Positions 46,956-56,100 of a stretch of 64,000 nucleotides of DNA are shown here, piece by piece. Position 1 is the first letter of the stretch, and the number at the start of each line of letters is the position of its first letter. The stretch is from an uncultured bacterium (GTDB lineage: Bacteria > Acidobacteriota > Thermoanaerobaculia > Multivoradales > JAHZIX01): the NCBI GenBank assembly GCA_965368975.1, contig CBDUPA010000024.1, forward strand, positions 23,689-87,688, in the 5' to 3' direction. Under the pieces are notes generated by a model that was given only the letters and a program-made list of their open reading frames with translations, was not told the DNA's origin and made no database searches. Both the position numbers and the translations under genes were made by a program.

Positions 46956-47966
46956 ATGCCCCGCAACTCCGTACGCCCGAGTCACCCCCCCGTTCCCCGG
47001 GTCGTCGTGCTGGTCGCTGTCGCCGTCGTCCTGCTGGGCGTCGGCTACCTGGTGGGTCGCTACTTCACCTCGGCGCCACCCGTGTCGCCGCCTGCACCGG
47101 AGTCGCCTATAGACGCTTCCGGACTGCCGTCTGCGACCTCGTCGACGAACGGCACGGGTCCAGGTGACGCCGTGCGTCCGTACGACGTCGACCGCCCGTA
47201 CGAAGAAGACCTGCCTGACGAGCTGAACGGGGCGGCCACCGGCACCGATGCCGACCTACCGACCGAGATCGTGCTGCCGCCGTCCGGCAACGGTGCGCGC
47301 ATCGCCCTGGTCATCGACGACCTCGGCCGCGACCTGCGCGACCTCGACATCCTGCGCGACCTCGGCGTCCCCGTGACCTACTCGGTGCTACCGTTCGAGA
47401 TCCGCACCTCCGAGGTCATCGACGTGCTGCGCGCTCGCGGTGCCGAGATTCTCTGCCACCTCCCCATGGAAGCCTCCGGCGGCGCCAATCCCGGTCCGGG
47501 CGCCCTGGTGCGCAGCATGACACGCGAGGAACTGGTCGACGCCACGCGTCAAGCCCTACTCGCCACCCCCGGTGCCGTCGGCGTCAACAACCACATGGGC
47601 TCGCAACTCACTTCCGACGCGCAAGCCCTGCGCCCGGTGCTCGAGACCCTGCTCGAGGAAGGTCTCTTCTTCCTCGACTCACGCACCAGTGCCCAGAGCG
47701 CCGGCTACCGTCTCGCCTCAGAATTGGGCATCGCCACCGCCCGCCGTCACGTCTTCCTCGACCCCGACCCCTCCCTCGAAGCCATCCGCTTCCAATGGCG
47801 CCGCCTGCTCGACCTAGCTCACCGTCAAGGCGCCGCCATCGCCATCGGTCACCCCTACGACCACACCTTCCAGGTGCTGCAAGAAGAAGTCGCCGCGGCG
47901 CGCGAGAAGGGCTACGAGTTCGTGCCGGTCAGTTACTTGCTCGAGCGTCCGGGGGGGCCGGAGTAG
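46956..47966 (+). CDS. Divergent polysaccharide deacetylase (YibQ family)
   Basis: N-terminal TM; IALVIDDLG, HLPME, NNHMGS, FLDSRT, FLD, AIGHP. Confidence 0.92.
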   Translation: MPRNSVRPSHPPVPRVVVLVAVAVVLLGVGYLVGRYFTSAPPVSPPAPESPIDASGLPSATSSTNGTGPGDAVRPYDVDRPYEEDLPDELNGAATGTDADLPTEIVLPPSGNGARIALVIDDLGRDLRDLDILRDLGVPVTYSVLPFEIRTSEVIDVLRARGAEILCHLPMEASGGANPGPGALVRSMTREELVDATRQALLATPGAVGVNNHMGSQLTSDAQALRPVLETLLEEGLFFLDSRTSAQSAGYRLASELGIATARRHVFLDPDPSLEAIRFQWRRLLDLAHRQGAAIAIGHPYDHTFQVLQEEVAAAREKGYEFVPVSYLLERPGGPE

Positions 47967-48045
47967 GAAGACAGGGCTTCAGCATAGCCCCGTCGAGAAG
48001 CCATGCCTGAGATTCCTAGGCTCGCTAATCAGTGCGCACCAGAGG

Positions 48046-49416
48046 TTACGTTGCGTTTATTGGCCGCGGTTCAATCCAAGTTGCCACCGCTATTAGAAGT
48101 GCGAATGTTGCTAGAATTCTGTCGGCTGTTCGGTTCCAGGTCATGCGCACATGAAAGTTAATATGAAAAACTGCTCCGTTCTCAGTTGATAGTATCAAGC
48201 CTGAACCTTTCTTTACGACGGCAAGGATTCTAGGCGTTTGCTCAATTAGGTAGCATGGGGTGCCGTTGTGTCGCTTTGGCCTGCAGCCGTATATTGCGTT
48301 GTCGGAGTTTGAGATTAGAATGTTTTGGCCGTAGATGTCTTCGACTATGAAATCCGATTTGAATCCAGAGTAGATAGCGTTGGATTCTTCGCGGGTGGCA
48401 AGATTAATAGCAGATATGTCTCCATTTTCCTGGATAGCAAGTAGGTTATTTCTCTCGGTCAACATCAGGGAGCAAATCGGGCTAGCCCTTGAGGTAGGGA
48501 ACCGAAAATGTTTGAACGGGACAAAATCTTTGGCTGTATTTTTTTGTAGTATTAGAGGCTCATCCGTATTGAGGTCGAGGAAAGTGTGGCCCAAGTAGAC
48601 GTGGCCAAGGTTGTTCGCTAGGATAAAGTCCATGTCTAGATCTTGACTAGGAGAGATTAGAAAATAGCGTGCGCACTCTGTTTCATCTGACGCGCGCTCT
48701 AGCCTTCCTGCTGTTGCTGCTTCTCTTCCGGTCTCAGCATCGATAAAACTGTAGCTGCCGTCGATTAGGACTAGACAGATGATAAGGCGATTTTCAACTA
48801 TCAGAGTTCCCAGTAGTGCTATGTCCTCAGTTCTGATGTCAGCTAGAGAAAAGTAGTCATTAGCAAGCTCCGAGATGACATGGAATTGATCCTTATGGCT
48901 TTCGTTCGGAGTGTCTGAGCTACCTGCTGAAGTGTAGGCAAGGCGTCCAGCCAAAATTGAGTCCTCGTTCAGCAGTACTATGCGATTCTGATCCAACCTG
49001 TGATTTGAAAATGCGAATGGTTGGCCTCCTTGTGATGCTACGACTGTAGGATCTTCTTCGAGACTTATCTCTCTGTGCTTCGCGGAGTGGTCATTGCTCG
49101 CAGATGCTGGGCTCCATAACGAGTAACTAATGATGCCCTTGTAGGCATTGAAAGACGTTCCATAGATTCGGTCGTTCTGTAGCCAGAGATCTTGATAAGC
49201 AGCCTTATGTGTATCCGCTCCGGTTGGATGGATGAGGTCATGACTAGTTACTATCAGGGATCTGTCCGTGCCCTTGGTGTAAATTAGTGCTACGAGCACG
49301 GTTATTGCCGATGCTCTGGAAATTACTCTGAATCTGTTTCGGATTTTAGCACTGCTTGCGTTTAGCCTGGCGAAAGCGTGGGTGTTGTGTAAGTAGTAGT
49401 GGAGTATGTGTCGCAT
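48046..49416 (-). CDS. Low-GC hypothetical protein, probably a beta-propeller-like domain between hydrophobic segments
   Basis: 456-codon ORF in A/T-rich DNA; repeated beta-blade-like motifs (NNLGHVY, QENGDI, TENGAVF); hydrophobic stretches near both ends; start uncertain. Confidence 0.55.
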   Translation of the reverse strand: MRHILHYYLHNTHAFARLNASSAKIRNRFRVISRASAITVLVALIYTKGTDRSLIVTSHDLIHPTGADTHKAAYQDLWLQNDRIYGTSFNAYKGIISYSLWSPASASNDHSAKHREISLEEDPTVVASQGGQPFAFSNHRLDQNRIVLLNEDSILAGRLAYTSAGSSDTPNESHKDQFHVISELANDYFSLADIRTEDIALLGTLIVENRLIICLVLIDGSYSFIDAETGREAATAGRLERASDETECARYFLISPSQDLDMDFILANNLGHVYLGHTFLDLNTDEPLILQKNTAKDFVPFKHFRFPTSRASPICSLMLTERNNLLAIQENGDISAINLATREESNAIYSGFKSDFIVEDIYGQNILISNSDNAIYGCRPKRHNGTPCYLIEQTPRILAVVKKGSGLILSTENGAVFHINFHVRMTWNRTADRILATFALLIAVATWIEPRPINAT

Positions 49417-49425
49417 TGAATATGT

Positions 49426-50100
49426 CTAGTGATCTAGGTTCTCTGTTGCCCAGGAGGTGCAGGTGCCGCAAGCGGTTCTCACAGATGCTGCACAAATATA
49501 GACCTCTTGACAACGAACACAACAGACGCTCCTCTCAGATCGCTTCCAATGTTGCGCGCTTTGGACTTGGGTCATGAAGCTACCTTCACCTTCCCGGAGT
49601 TGGATAGAGAGTTCAATATCGAGAAGTGAGTCGAATACTATTCTCCCTTCCAGGATCCTTTGGAAGGGGGCAATGACCGCGGCTTCGCCCGAGGGGTGAG
49701 CAAGTTGTTGTAGTGGAGTCCAAGTTCCGATTTCTATTTCCTGCCTGCTGCCAACCGACATATAGCCTTCAGCTCCCGTCTTAGAAACCAGTCCAAGCTT
49801 GGCAGAGACCTTTGCCGAACCCCCAGAGTTACGTTCGAACAGCACGACTCCAATCTGGTAGTTTGGATCAGATCCAGGGTCAATTATCAATACTGTGCTG
49901 TCAATGATCTCAAATTCGATCTCCAGCATTCCTGGCAAGTCTAGTCTTCCAGAGATCAATCTGTCTTGCTCCGCTAGGTGCCGGTAAGTGGGCAAGGTGT
50001 CTTGGGCTGAAAGGCTGTCAGGTAAGAAGACAAGCGACATGGCTAGAATGGCTTTTGCAACGCTGTTGCCTGTGATTGCGGTGGCCTTGTTCTTGGACAT
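49426..50100 (-). CDS. Low-GC secreted hypothetical protein with Cys-rich C-terminus
   Basis: Signal-like AILAMSLVFLPDSLSA; tail CCVRCQEVYICAASVRTACGTC; GAGAAGG before ATG 50100. Confidence 0.65.
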   Translation of the reverse strand: MSKNKATAITGNSVAKAILAMSLVFLPDSLSAQDTLPTYRHLAEQDRLISGRLDLPGMLEIEFEIIDSTVLIIDPGSDPNYQIGVVLFERNSGGSAKVSAKLGLVSKTGAEGYMSVGSRQEIEIGTWTPLQQLAHPSGEAAVIAPFQRILEGRIVFDSLLDIELSIQLREGEGSFMTQVQSAQHWKRSERSVCCVRCQEVYICAASVRTACGTCTSWATENLDH

Positions 50101-50180
50101 TGCCTTCTCTTTCTGCCAAGGGTGTGAGCAGTGTAGTTTTGGTGGTGAAGCTTGCCCTTTGGAGCTAAAACCAAAGTGGT

Positions 50181-50840
50181 CTAACTTGAGCCTGACCACA
50201 TTCTACCTGAGTTTAGGTGAGACGATGCGATCCCTTTAGTAGTGACAATCTGGAGTTCCTGTGGAAGGTCGCGGTCCCTGTTGAATCCCCGCTCTTGGAT
50301 CAACTGCGCGGCTCGTCTTGCATCGGCAAGGTCTTCTTCGGTAGCCACTTGCAGCAGACTCTTGATGTCCATCGCGTCCTGAGGTCGGTTCTCATCGTCG
50401 CGCGCAAGAAGCTTCAGCGAGAGCAGATGTCCCACCCGCGCTACGGGCAGTAGCAATCCCGGGAAGACTTCTAATACCCGAGCCTGGGCCACGATCTCTG
50501 GCTCTATGCCCGAGGATGCGAACAGCAAGTCCAGAATGGCCTCGTTCCCAGTTGCTTCTGGCGGTAGTAGTCGAACCGTAGATAGCCGCAGGGTAGCCTT
50601 TTGCTCGACCACGGCAACGACCTGATAACCTTCACCCTGAAGTTCTCGGATCAGGTGCTCGGCATCCGCGTCGCTCGCTACGGCAAGTGCCAAGTCGACA
50701 TCCCGCGTAAAGCGTGGTTCTGTTTGGGCTGAGACGGCCAAGCCACCGACGAGCGCCCAAGGATGGCCAAATCGCTTCAGGCGCTTCTGCGCTCGTCGCA
50801 GAAGCGCTTCTAGGTCGCTACATGTTTCTTGCGTGGCCAT
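50181..50840 (-). CDS. menT1: MenT1-like nucleotidyltransferase toxin (AbiEii/DUF1814-related)
   Basis: WALVGGLAVSAQTEPRFTRDVD, DLLFASSGIEPEI, KLLARDDENRPQD, RGFNRDRDL closely parallel M. tuberculosis Rv0078A as I recall it. Confidence 0.85.
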   Translation of the reverse strand: MATQETCSDLEALLRRAQKRLKRFGHPWALVGGLAVSAQTEPRFTRDVDLALAVASDADAEHLIRELQGEGYQVVAVVEQKATLRLSTVRLLPPEATGNEAILDLLFASSGIEPEIVAQARVLEVFPGLLLPVARVGHLLSLKLLARDDENRPQDAMDIKSLLQVATEEDLADARRAAQLIQERGFNRDRDLPQELQIVTTKGIASSHLNSGRMWSGSS

Positions 50841-51037
50841 TCGATCGGTTCTCCAGGCCCGTCCCCGAATTCGGCCCCAGGTCGTTCGTGCAGCCAGGCC
50901 CGGAGCCGCTGGTGGAGTTCTTCCTCAGGGGCTTCTGGATGCCGTCTCTTCAAAGTCTGAAGCATCATCCGGCGACCGGCGATGTGAAGGTCGAAGGCGG
51001 TTCGCAGCTTGGCCGCGGCGATTTCTTCCTGAGTCAT
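50810..51037 (-). CDS. menA1: MenA1-like antitoxin
   Basis: AAAKLRTAFDL...RRHPEA..EE....AWLHERPGAEFGD parallels Rv0078B as recalled; 75 aa, overlaps the toxin start. Confidence 0.8.
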   Translation of the reverse strand: MTQEEIAAAKLRTAFDLHIAGRRMMLQTLKRRHPEAPEEELHQRLRAWLHERPGAEFGDGPGEPIEWPRKKHVAT

Positions 51038-51101
51038 GCCGATATTCTACCGGACAGGCTTGGGAAAGGCTCTTGCGCTAGACTGGTGGCTTGAGGTGCC
51101 C

Positions 51102-51476
51102 ATGTCGAGTCGCTTGCAAGAGATCATCGAGTACCACCGCCGTCGCGATGCCCAAGAGCACGCGCGTCGAGAAGCGTTACGCTCGACAGTCCTGGCTGAT
51201 GCTCGGGCAGCGATCCGAGAGATCGGTCCTGAGTTCCCGGCGATCCAGACGGTCTACCTCTTCGGTTCGATTCTTCGTCCAGGAAAGTTCAGCGAGCATT
51301 CGGACATCGACGTAGCGATTGATTGCGCGGATGTCTTCGTCGAGAGCCGCTTTCGGCGTGAACTGGAGCGCCGCTGCCACCGGCAGGTTGACGTGCGTCC
51401 GTGTGTCGAACGAGTGGCGGAAGCAGTCGAGCAGACCGGAGAGAAGGTCTATGAACGAAAAGTACCTGCTGCTTGA
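51102..51476 (+). CDS. Minimal nucleotidyltransferase (MNT) antitoxin
   Basis: VYLFGS..PGKFSEHSDIDVA (GSx10DxD), VDV; GAGG before ATG 51102. Confidence 0.88.
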   Translation: MSSRLQEIIEYHRRRDAQEHARREALRSTVLADARAAIREIGPEFPAIQTVYLFGSILRPGKFSEHSDIDVAIDCADVFVESRFRRELERRCHRQVDVRPCVERVAEAVEQTGEKVYERKVPAA

Positions 51477-51927
51477 GCGACAGATCGAGCGCGACTGGGA
51501 GGCTGTGGAGCGGTTCCTGGACCAGCTCGCGGAGGTCTCGGTCGATAGCGATACCGAGGAAGGGCCGCTGATCATCACAGGCTATCGCCTCCATCACCTC
51601 TATACGGCGATCGAGAATCTCTTCTTCAACATCGCTCGCGGCTTCGAGAATCAGCTGGAGAAGGACAAGGGCTGGCACAGTCAGTTGTTGCAGCGCATGG
51701 TCTTGGATCTGCAGCCGATTCGGCCGGCAGTGATCGATCAAGCCTCTTTCGAGCTACTCGACGAGTTGCGCGGATTCCGGCATGTCTTTCGCACCAACTA
51801 CGGCACGCGGCTGCAAGGTGAGCGTATGAAGCCGGCACTGAAGGCAGCGCAGCGGCTGCGTCAGGGTCTACCGGCGCAGGTCGAGCAGTTCATGGGCGTC
51901 GTCCATGCCCTGGCCACGGAGGGGTGA
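51451..51927 (+). CDS. HEPN (HepT-like) ribonuclease toxin
   Basis: LHHLYTAIENLF..IA, WHSQLL..M, IRPAVI, LDELRGFRHVFRTNY; overlaps the MNT gene. Confidence 0.85.
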   Translation: MNEKYLLLERQIERDWEAVERFLDQLAEVSVDSDTEEGPLIITGYRLHHLYTAIENLFFNIARGFENQLEKDKGWHSQLLQRMVLDLQPIRPAVIDQASFELLDELRGFRHVFRTNYGTRLQGERMKPALKAAQRLRQGLPAQVEQFMGVVHALATEG

Positions 51928-53025
51928 AGGCACCCGGAACTCCTCCATCCGCCGGATCAACGTATCTCCGAACAGTGTCTCGACGACGTGCCCCTGGTCC
52001 GGCACGATCTCCAGCGTCGAGTTGACGCCTAGCTCTTGCAGCTTCTCGTGCGCACGCTTGGCGGCACCGACCCAGGGGCCGTCGTGCTCGCCGACGTACA
52101 TGGCGACATGCATGCCCTGAAGCCGTTCCAGGAGGTCGGTGCTGGTGCTCCCGGGGATGACGGTCAAGGAGTGGAAGCGACTCGGTAGGTGCTGCGCCAA
52201 GTGGAAGGCGCTGTTGCCGCCGTTGCTGCAGCCGCCAAGGTGGAACTTGCCGCTTTCGACCTTGTAGTTCTCGGCCATCGAGTCGAGGAAGGATCCCATG
52301 GCGCGCACACCTTCGGGACCGCGCCAACCGCTGCTGGGGCGAGCGGGTGCCAGCACGATCCAGCCGAGACGAGCGGCTTGTTCACCCCAGTAGTTGCTGA
52401 GCACGAAGTCGGTGGCGGCCAGGCTCTCGGAGCCGGGGCCGAGGGCGAGCAGGACGGGGTAGGTCTTGGACGCGTCGTAGCCGTGCGGGAGTACCCGGAC
52501 GTACTCGATCTCGACGCCGAGCGGAGTTCTAAAGCGGTGCGTGGTGCGCGGGCTGGGCAGCTCGAAGCGTGGGTCGTCGCGCAGGCTGGCGAGATCGGGG
52601 TCGTCGCGCATGCCGTCGTGGTCGGAGAAGCCGAGCCAGCGGGCGCGGTCGAGGGCGGCGAAGGCGGCGTCTGGGTTGCCGGCCCGGGCCAGGCTGCAGG
52701 CGATGTTGTAGAAGGCAGTAGCAGCCATGCGCGGTGACAGTCTGGCGGCCTTCTCGTAGGCCGGGATGGCGTCGGCGTAGCGGCCTTGACCGTGGCGTGC
52801 GATGCCGAGCCCGAACCAGACGGTTGCCCGATCCGGCGTCTCGCGGCTCAGGCGTTCGGTGAGCTGAGCGGCTTCGTCGTACTTCTCGTCCGCGAGCAGT
52901 CGCTGCACACGACGCTCATCGGCGGACAGCTGCTGGGCGTCGAGGGGCCCGGGCTGGTACAAGGCGATCACGAGGATGGGGACGAGGTGGACTAGGCAAC
53001 GGAAGGGGTGAGGTCGATGGGTCAT
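51868..53025 (-). CDS. Secreted TPR plus alpha/beta hydrolase (esterase-like) protein
   Basis: Signal-like N-terminus; TPRs ending YNIACSLA..DPDLASLRDDPRF; LPHGYD..YPVLL, GCSNGG, GEHD, GH. Confidence 0.8.
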   Translation of the reverse strand: MTHRPHPFRCLVHLVPILVIALYQPGPLDAQQLSADERRVQRLLADEKYDEAAQLTERLSRETPDRATVWFGLGIARHGQGRYADAIPAYEKAARLSPRMAATAFYNIACSLARAGNPDAAFAALDRARWLGFSDHDGMRDDPDLASLRDDPRFELPSPRTTHRFRTPLGVEIEYVRVLPHGYDASKTYPVLLALGPGSESLAATDFVLSNYWGEQAARLGWIVLAPARPSSGWRGPEGVRAMGSFLDSMAENYKVESGKFHLGGCSNGGNSAFHLAQHLPSRFHSLTVIPGSTSTDLLERLQGMHVAMYVGEHDGPWVGAAKRAHEKLQELGVNSTLEIVPDQGHVVETLFGDTLIRRMEEFRVPSPLRGQGMDDAHELLDLRR

Positions 53026-53148
53026 GGAAGCCTCCTGCATCGAATGTACGCTGACAGCTGGCGTAGGTTCCGGGGCGCAGCTCCATTTTGCGGCTTTTTG
53101 CTGTTCCTTTGCACGTCTGGACATCCTGGGAGCGCGGGCCACGCTGGT

Positions 53149-56100
53149 CTAGGTGCACGGTTCCAGGCGGCATTCTCGGCCACCGTCACCGGTCACGGTG
53201 ATCACCACGCTGGCGGCCGCCTGCGCCCCGTGCTGGTCGGTGACCAGGACGCTGACCGGGTAGCTGCCGGCACTAGCGAAGGTGTGGCTGACCGCTGCTC
53301 CCACCGCGCTGGCACCGTCGGCGAAGAGCCAGCTGAAGCGTAGACTGTCCCCGTCGGGGTCGAGGCTGCCGCTGGCGTCGAAGTAGACCGTCAGCGGGGC
53401 GGCACCGCTGGTGACGTCGGCGATGATGACGGCGAAGGGGGCCTGATTGTCGAGCGCCAGGCTGACGCGATTGTTGGTCTCGAGCAACTCGTCGATCTCG
53501 TCCGCGGCATCGACGACCGCGACCAGCTCGGCGTCGCCGGCCGGCTGGACGTAGCCGAGGCTCACCTCGACCGTGGCACCACCGACCAGTGGACCGTCTA
53601 CGCGCTGCTCGGCGACCTGCACGCCCGCGGCGTCTGGATCTCCGACATACAGGCGCACGTCGAAGGCGCCGGTAGCCAGGGCGCCCGTGTTGTGCACCTG
53701 CAGGGTTGCCTGCACGGAGTCGCCGACGGCCGGGGTCGCTGGCGAGGTGTGCAAGTCACCCTCGGCCACCGTCAGGTCGGCGTCCAGGTGGTGTTCGAGC
53801 AGGCGCAGATCGGTGCGGCCGGCGTCGGGAAGGTTGTCGAAGGTCACCGGCACGCCGTCGAGAACTTCGGTGTCTTCGGTGCGCAGGATCTGGGTGCGCA
53901 GGTAGGCGGCGCGCAGCACGCCATCCGTGCCGTAGGTGGCGGTGAGATCGTGGTGCGTGGCGTCGGACTCGCTGGTCAGGCGGAGATCTTCACTCCAGCT
54001 CTGCCATCCAGGATCGTAGATCTGCGCCCATAGGTTAGCGGGACCATCGTCGGTGACTTCCTGCCACAGCAGCGTCAGGTGACCTTGTGGCTGGCGCAGC
54101 AGGCGCAGGTCGTCGAAGGTCGCGGAAGAGCTGCCGGTGCGCACCGGCCGAGGCGTCTTGTCGTCCAGCGTCGCTTGCACCAGGTTGTCACCGCGCAGCC
54201 AGACCATGTGCCCCGTACCACTGTGGTCGTAGGCGGCTTGCGGCGCGCGGTTGCCGCCGCCACCGGCCGCCCAGCGCGGGTTGGCGAGCCAGCGTATGCC
54301 GTCCCAGGTGTAGAGGCGCAGGACTTCGTCACCGCCCGTTGTCGGGTCGGGGTCGAGGGACAGCACGGCGAAGGCCTCGTCGCCACGGTAGGCAGCCGCG
54401 TGTCGGGTGACTCCGACCAGGCCGGAGGCCACCGTCTGTGCCGGCCCCCATGTGCGCGTGGCGGCATTCCAGAAGCGGACCCGCAGGGTCGCCGGGTGGG
54501 CCGCGTCGGAAGTGAAGAGACCGCCCGGCTGCTGCAGCCAGCTGAGCATCAGCCGTCCGTCTGTCGCGCGGGACAGCTGGACGTCGGTGTCGTGCAGGGC
54601 GTTGTTGGTGAGCACCACGGGGGTGCTCCAGAAGCCGGTGGCCGTGTTGTAGAAGGCACTCACCACGTCCAGGCGGCTGAGGAAGGCCGGCAAGTCTTCC
54701 AGCTCTTCGATCGGGCTGTCGAAGCGAGCGTCTCGGACGCGCGTCCAGACGGCGACCGCGTTGCCGCGAGAGTCGGATGCCAGCTGTGGTGCCAGGTCGG
54801 CCCGACGATCGTCGGTGAGTTGCAGGGGGGCGGCCCAACCGGCGCCGTAGTTGCGCGAGAAGTACAGCTCGGTCGACTGCGGAGTCGGCAGGGAAGGATC
54901 CTGGGACAACCACAGCAGCAGGTGGTCGCCACCGGGCAGTTCCGTGAAGGCCGGCGACGCCTGGGCGTAGACGTTCTCGAGCAGCGTCACCTCTTGCACC
55001 GCGTGCGGCAGTAGGGCGCGCGGTCGCGACACGGACCCACCGTCGCCGTAGAGCGGTCCGTCGGGGCGCAAGCGTGGGGCCTCGACGAAGCGGGACGGCT
55101 CACCGAAGCGGCGGATATCGGTTGCGATCAGGTGCAGTCTCGGTGTTTCCGGGGCGCTCTTGCTACGGCCGCAGCGGAACTCGCCGCTGCGCTTGTAGGT
55201 GCACTGATACCGTGCTTTGGCCGTGAAGTCCCAGAACCAGACCACGAGCTTGACGCCGGCCTCCACGTGCATCTCGGCCTGGCGGAAGATCGGCGTCGGC
55301 AGGCCGGCGGTGACGCTGCCCCCGCCGCTGGCCCAGCCGGTGAGGTCGAGGCTGCGGCAGATGTTGACGTCGAGCACCGCTGTGAGATCGAGACCGAGGG
55401 TGCCGGTGATCTCGTCGAAGTGCAGCAAGTCGTCTTCCTTCTCGGCGAAGACCACCATCAATGTGATGGACGGCCGGATCTCGCCGCGTAGCGTCACCTT
55501 CTTGTTGATCGTGCTGAGGACCGGCAGACCAGAGAGGCTCTGCAAGCCGGGAATCGCGTCGAAGATGCCAGCCTCTGCCGCCAGCACTCCGACGATCTTC
55601 AGCTCACCGGTCGCCTTGATCAGGTCGAGGCCGTCGATCACCGCCAGCCGAAATTCGCCCTTACCGCTGGCTGAACCTTCTACGCCTCCACCAGCTTTGC
55701 CACCACCGAGGGCGAAGAATCCAGTCTTGGCGTCGAAGCTCAAGCTGCCCGTTCCCACGCTCGACACCGACCCCTCGACGCTGAGCTGTGTCTCCAGCAG
55801 GTCGAAGGTACCTCCGAAGAGGGGCACCCACTTGGGAACCTGGATGCACTTCGGGCAATTGCTCAACGCACAGCCAATGTCACAGCCCTTGCTGATGGGT
55901 TCTTTGGGGTACTTGTAGAGCAGGCCGAAGACGATCTCACCATCACCCGCTCGGGCGGTGACGGTGCCGCCGATCTCGGTCGCGATCTTCAGCCATTCCG
56001 GATAGGGGAAGACGTACACCTTCTCGACCTGGGTGTCGCCGCGCACGCCCTCGCCGTTGGTGGGCGTCAGGCGCACCAGGCTCGGCTGGGTACTCTCCGG

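Noticed and set aside
51868-51927. 60-bp convergent overlap of the HEPN and hydrolase genes as antisense regulation
   Set aside because: Short 3' overlaps are common in high-GC genomes (also 2829-2851); there is no further evidence.
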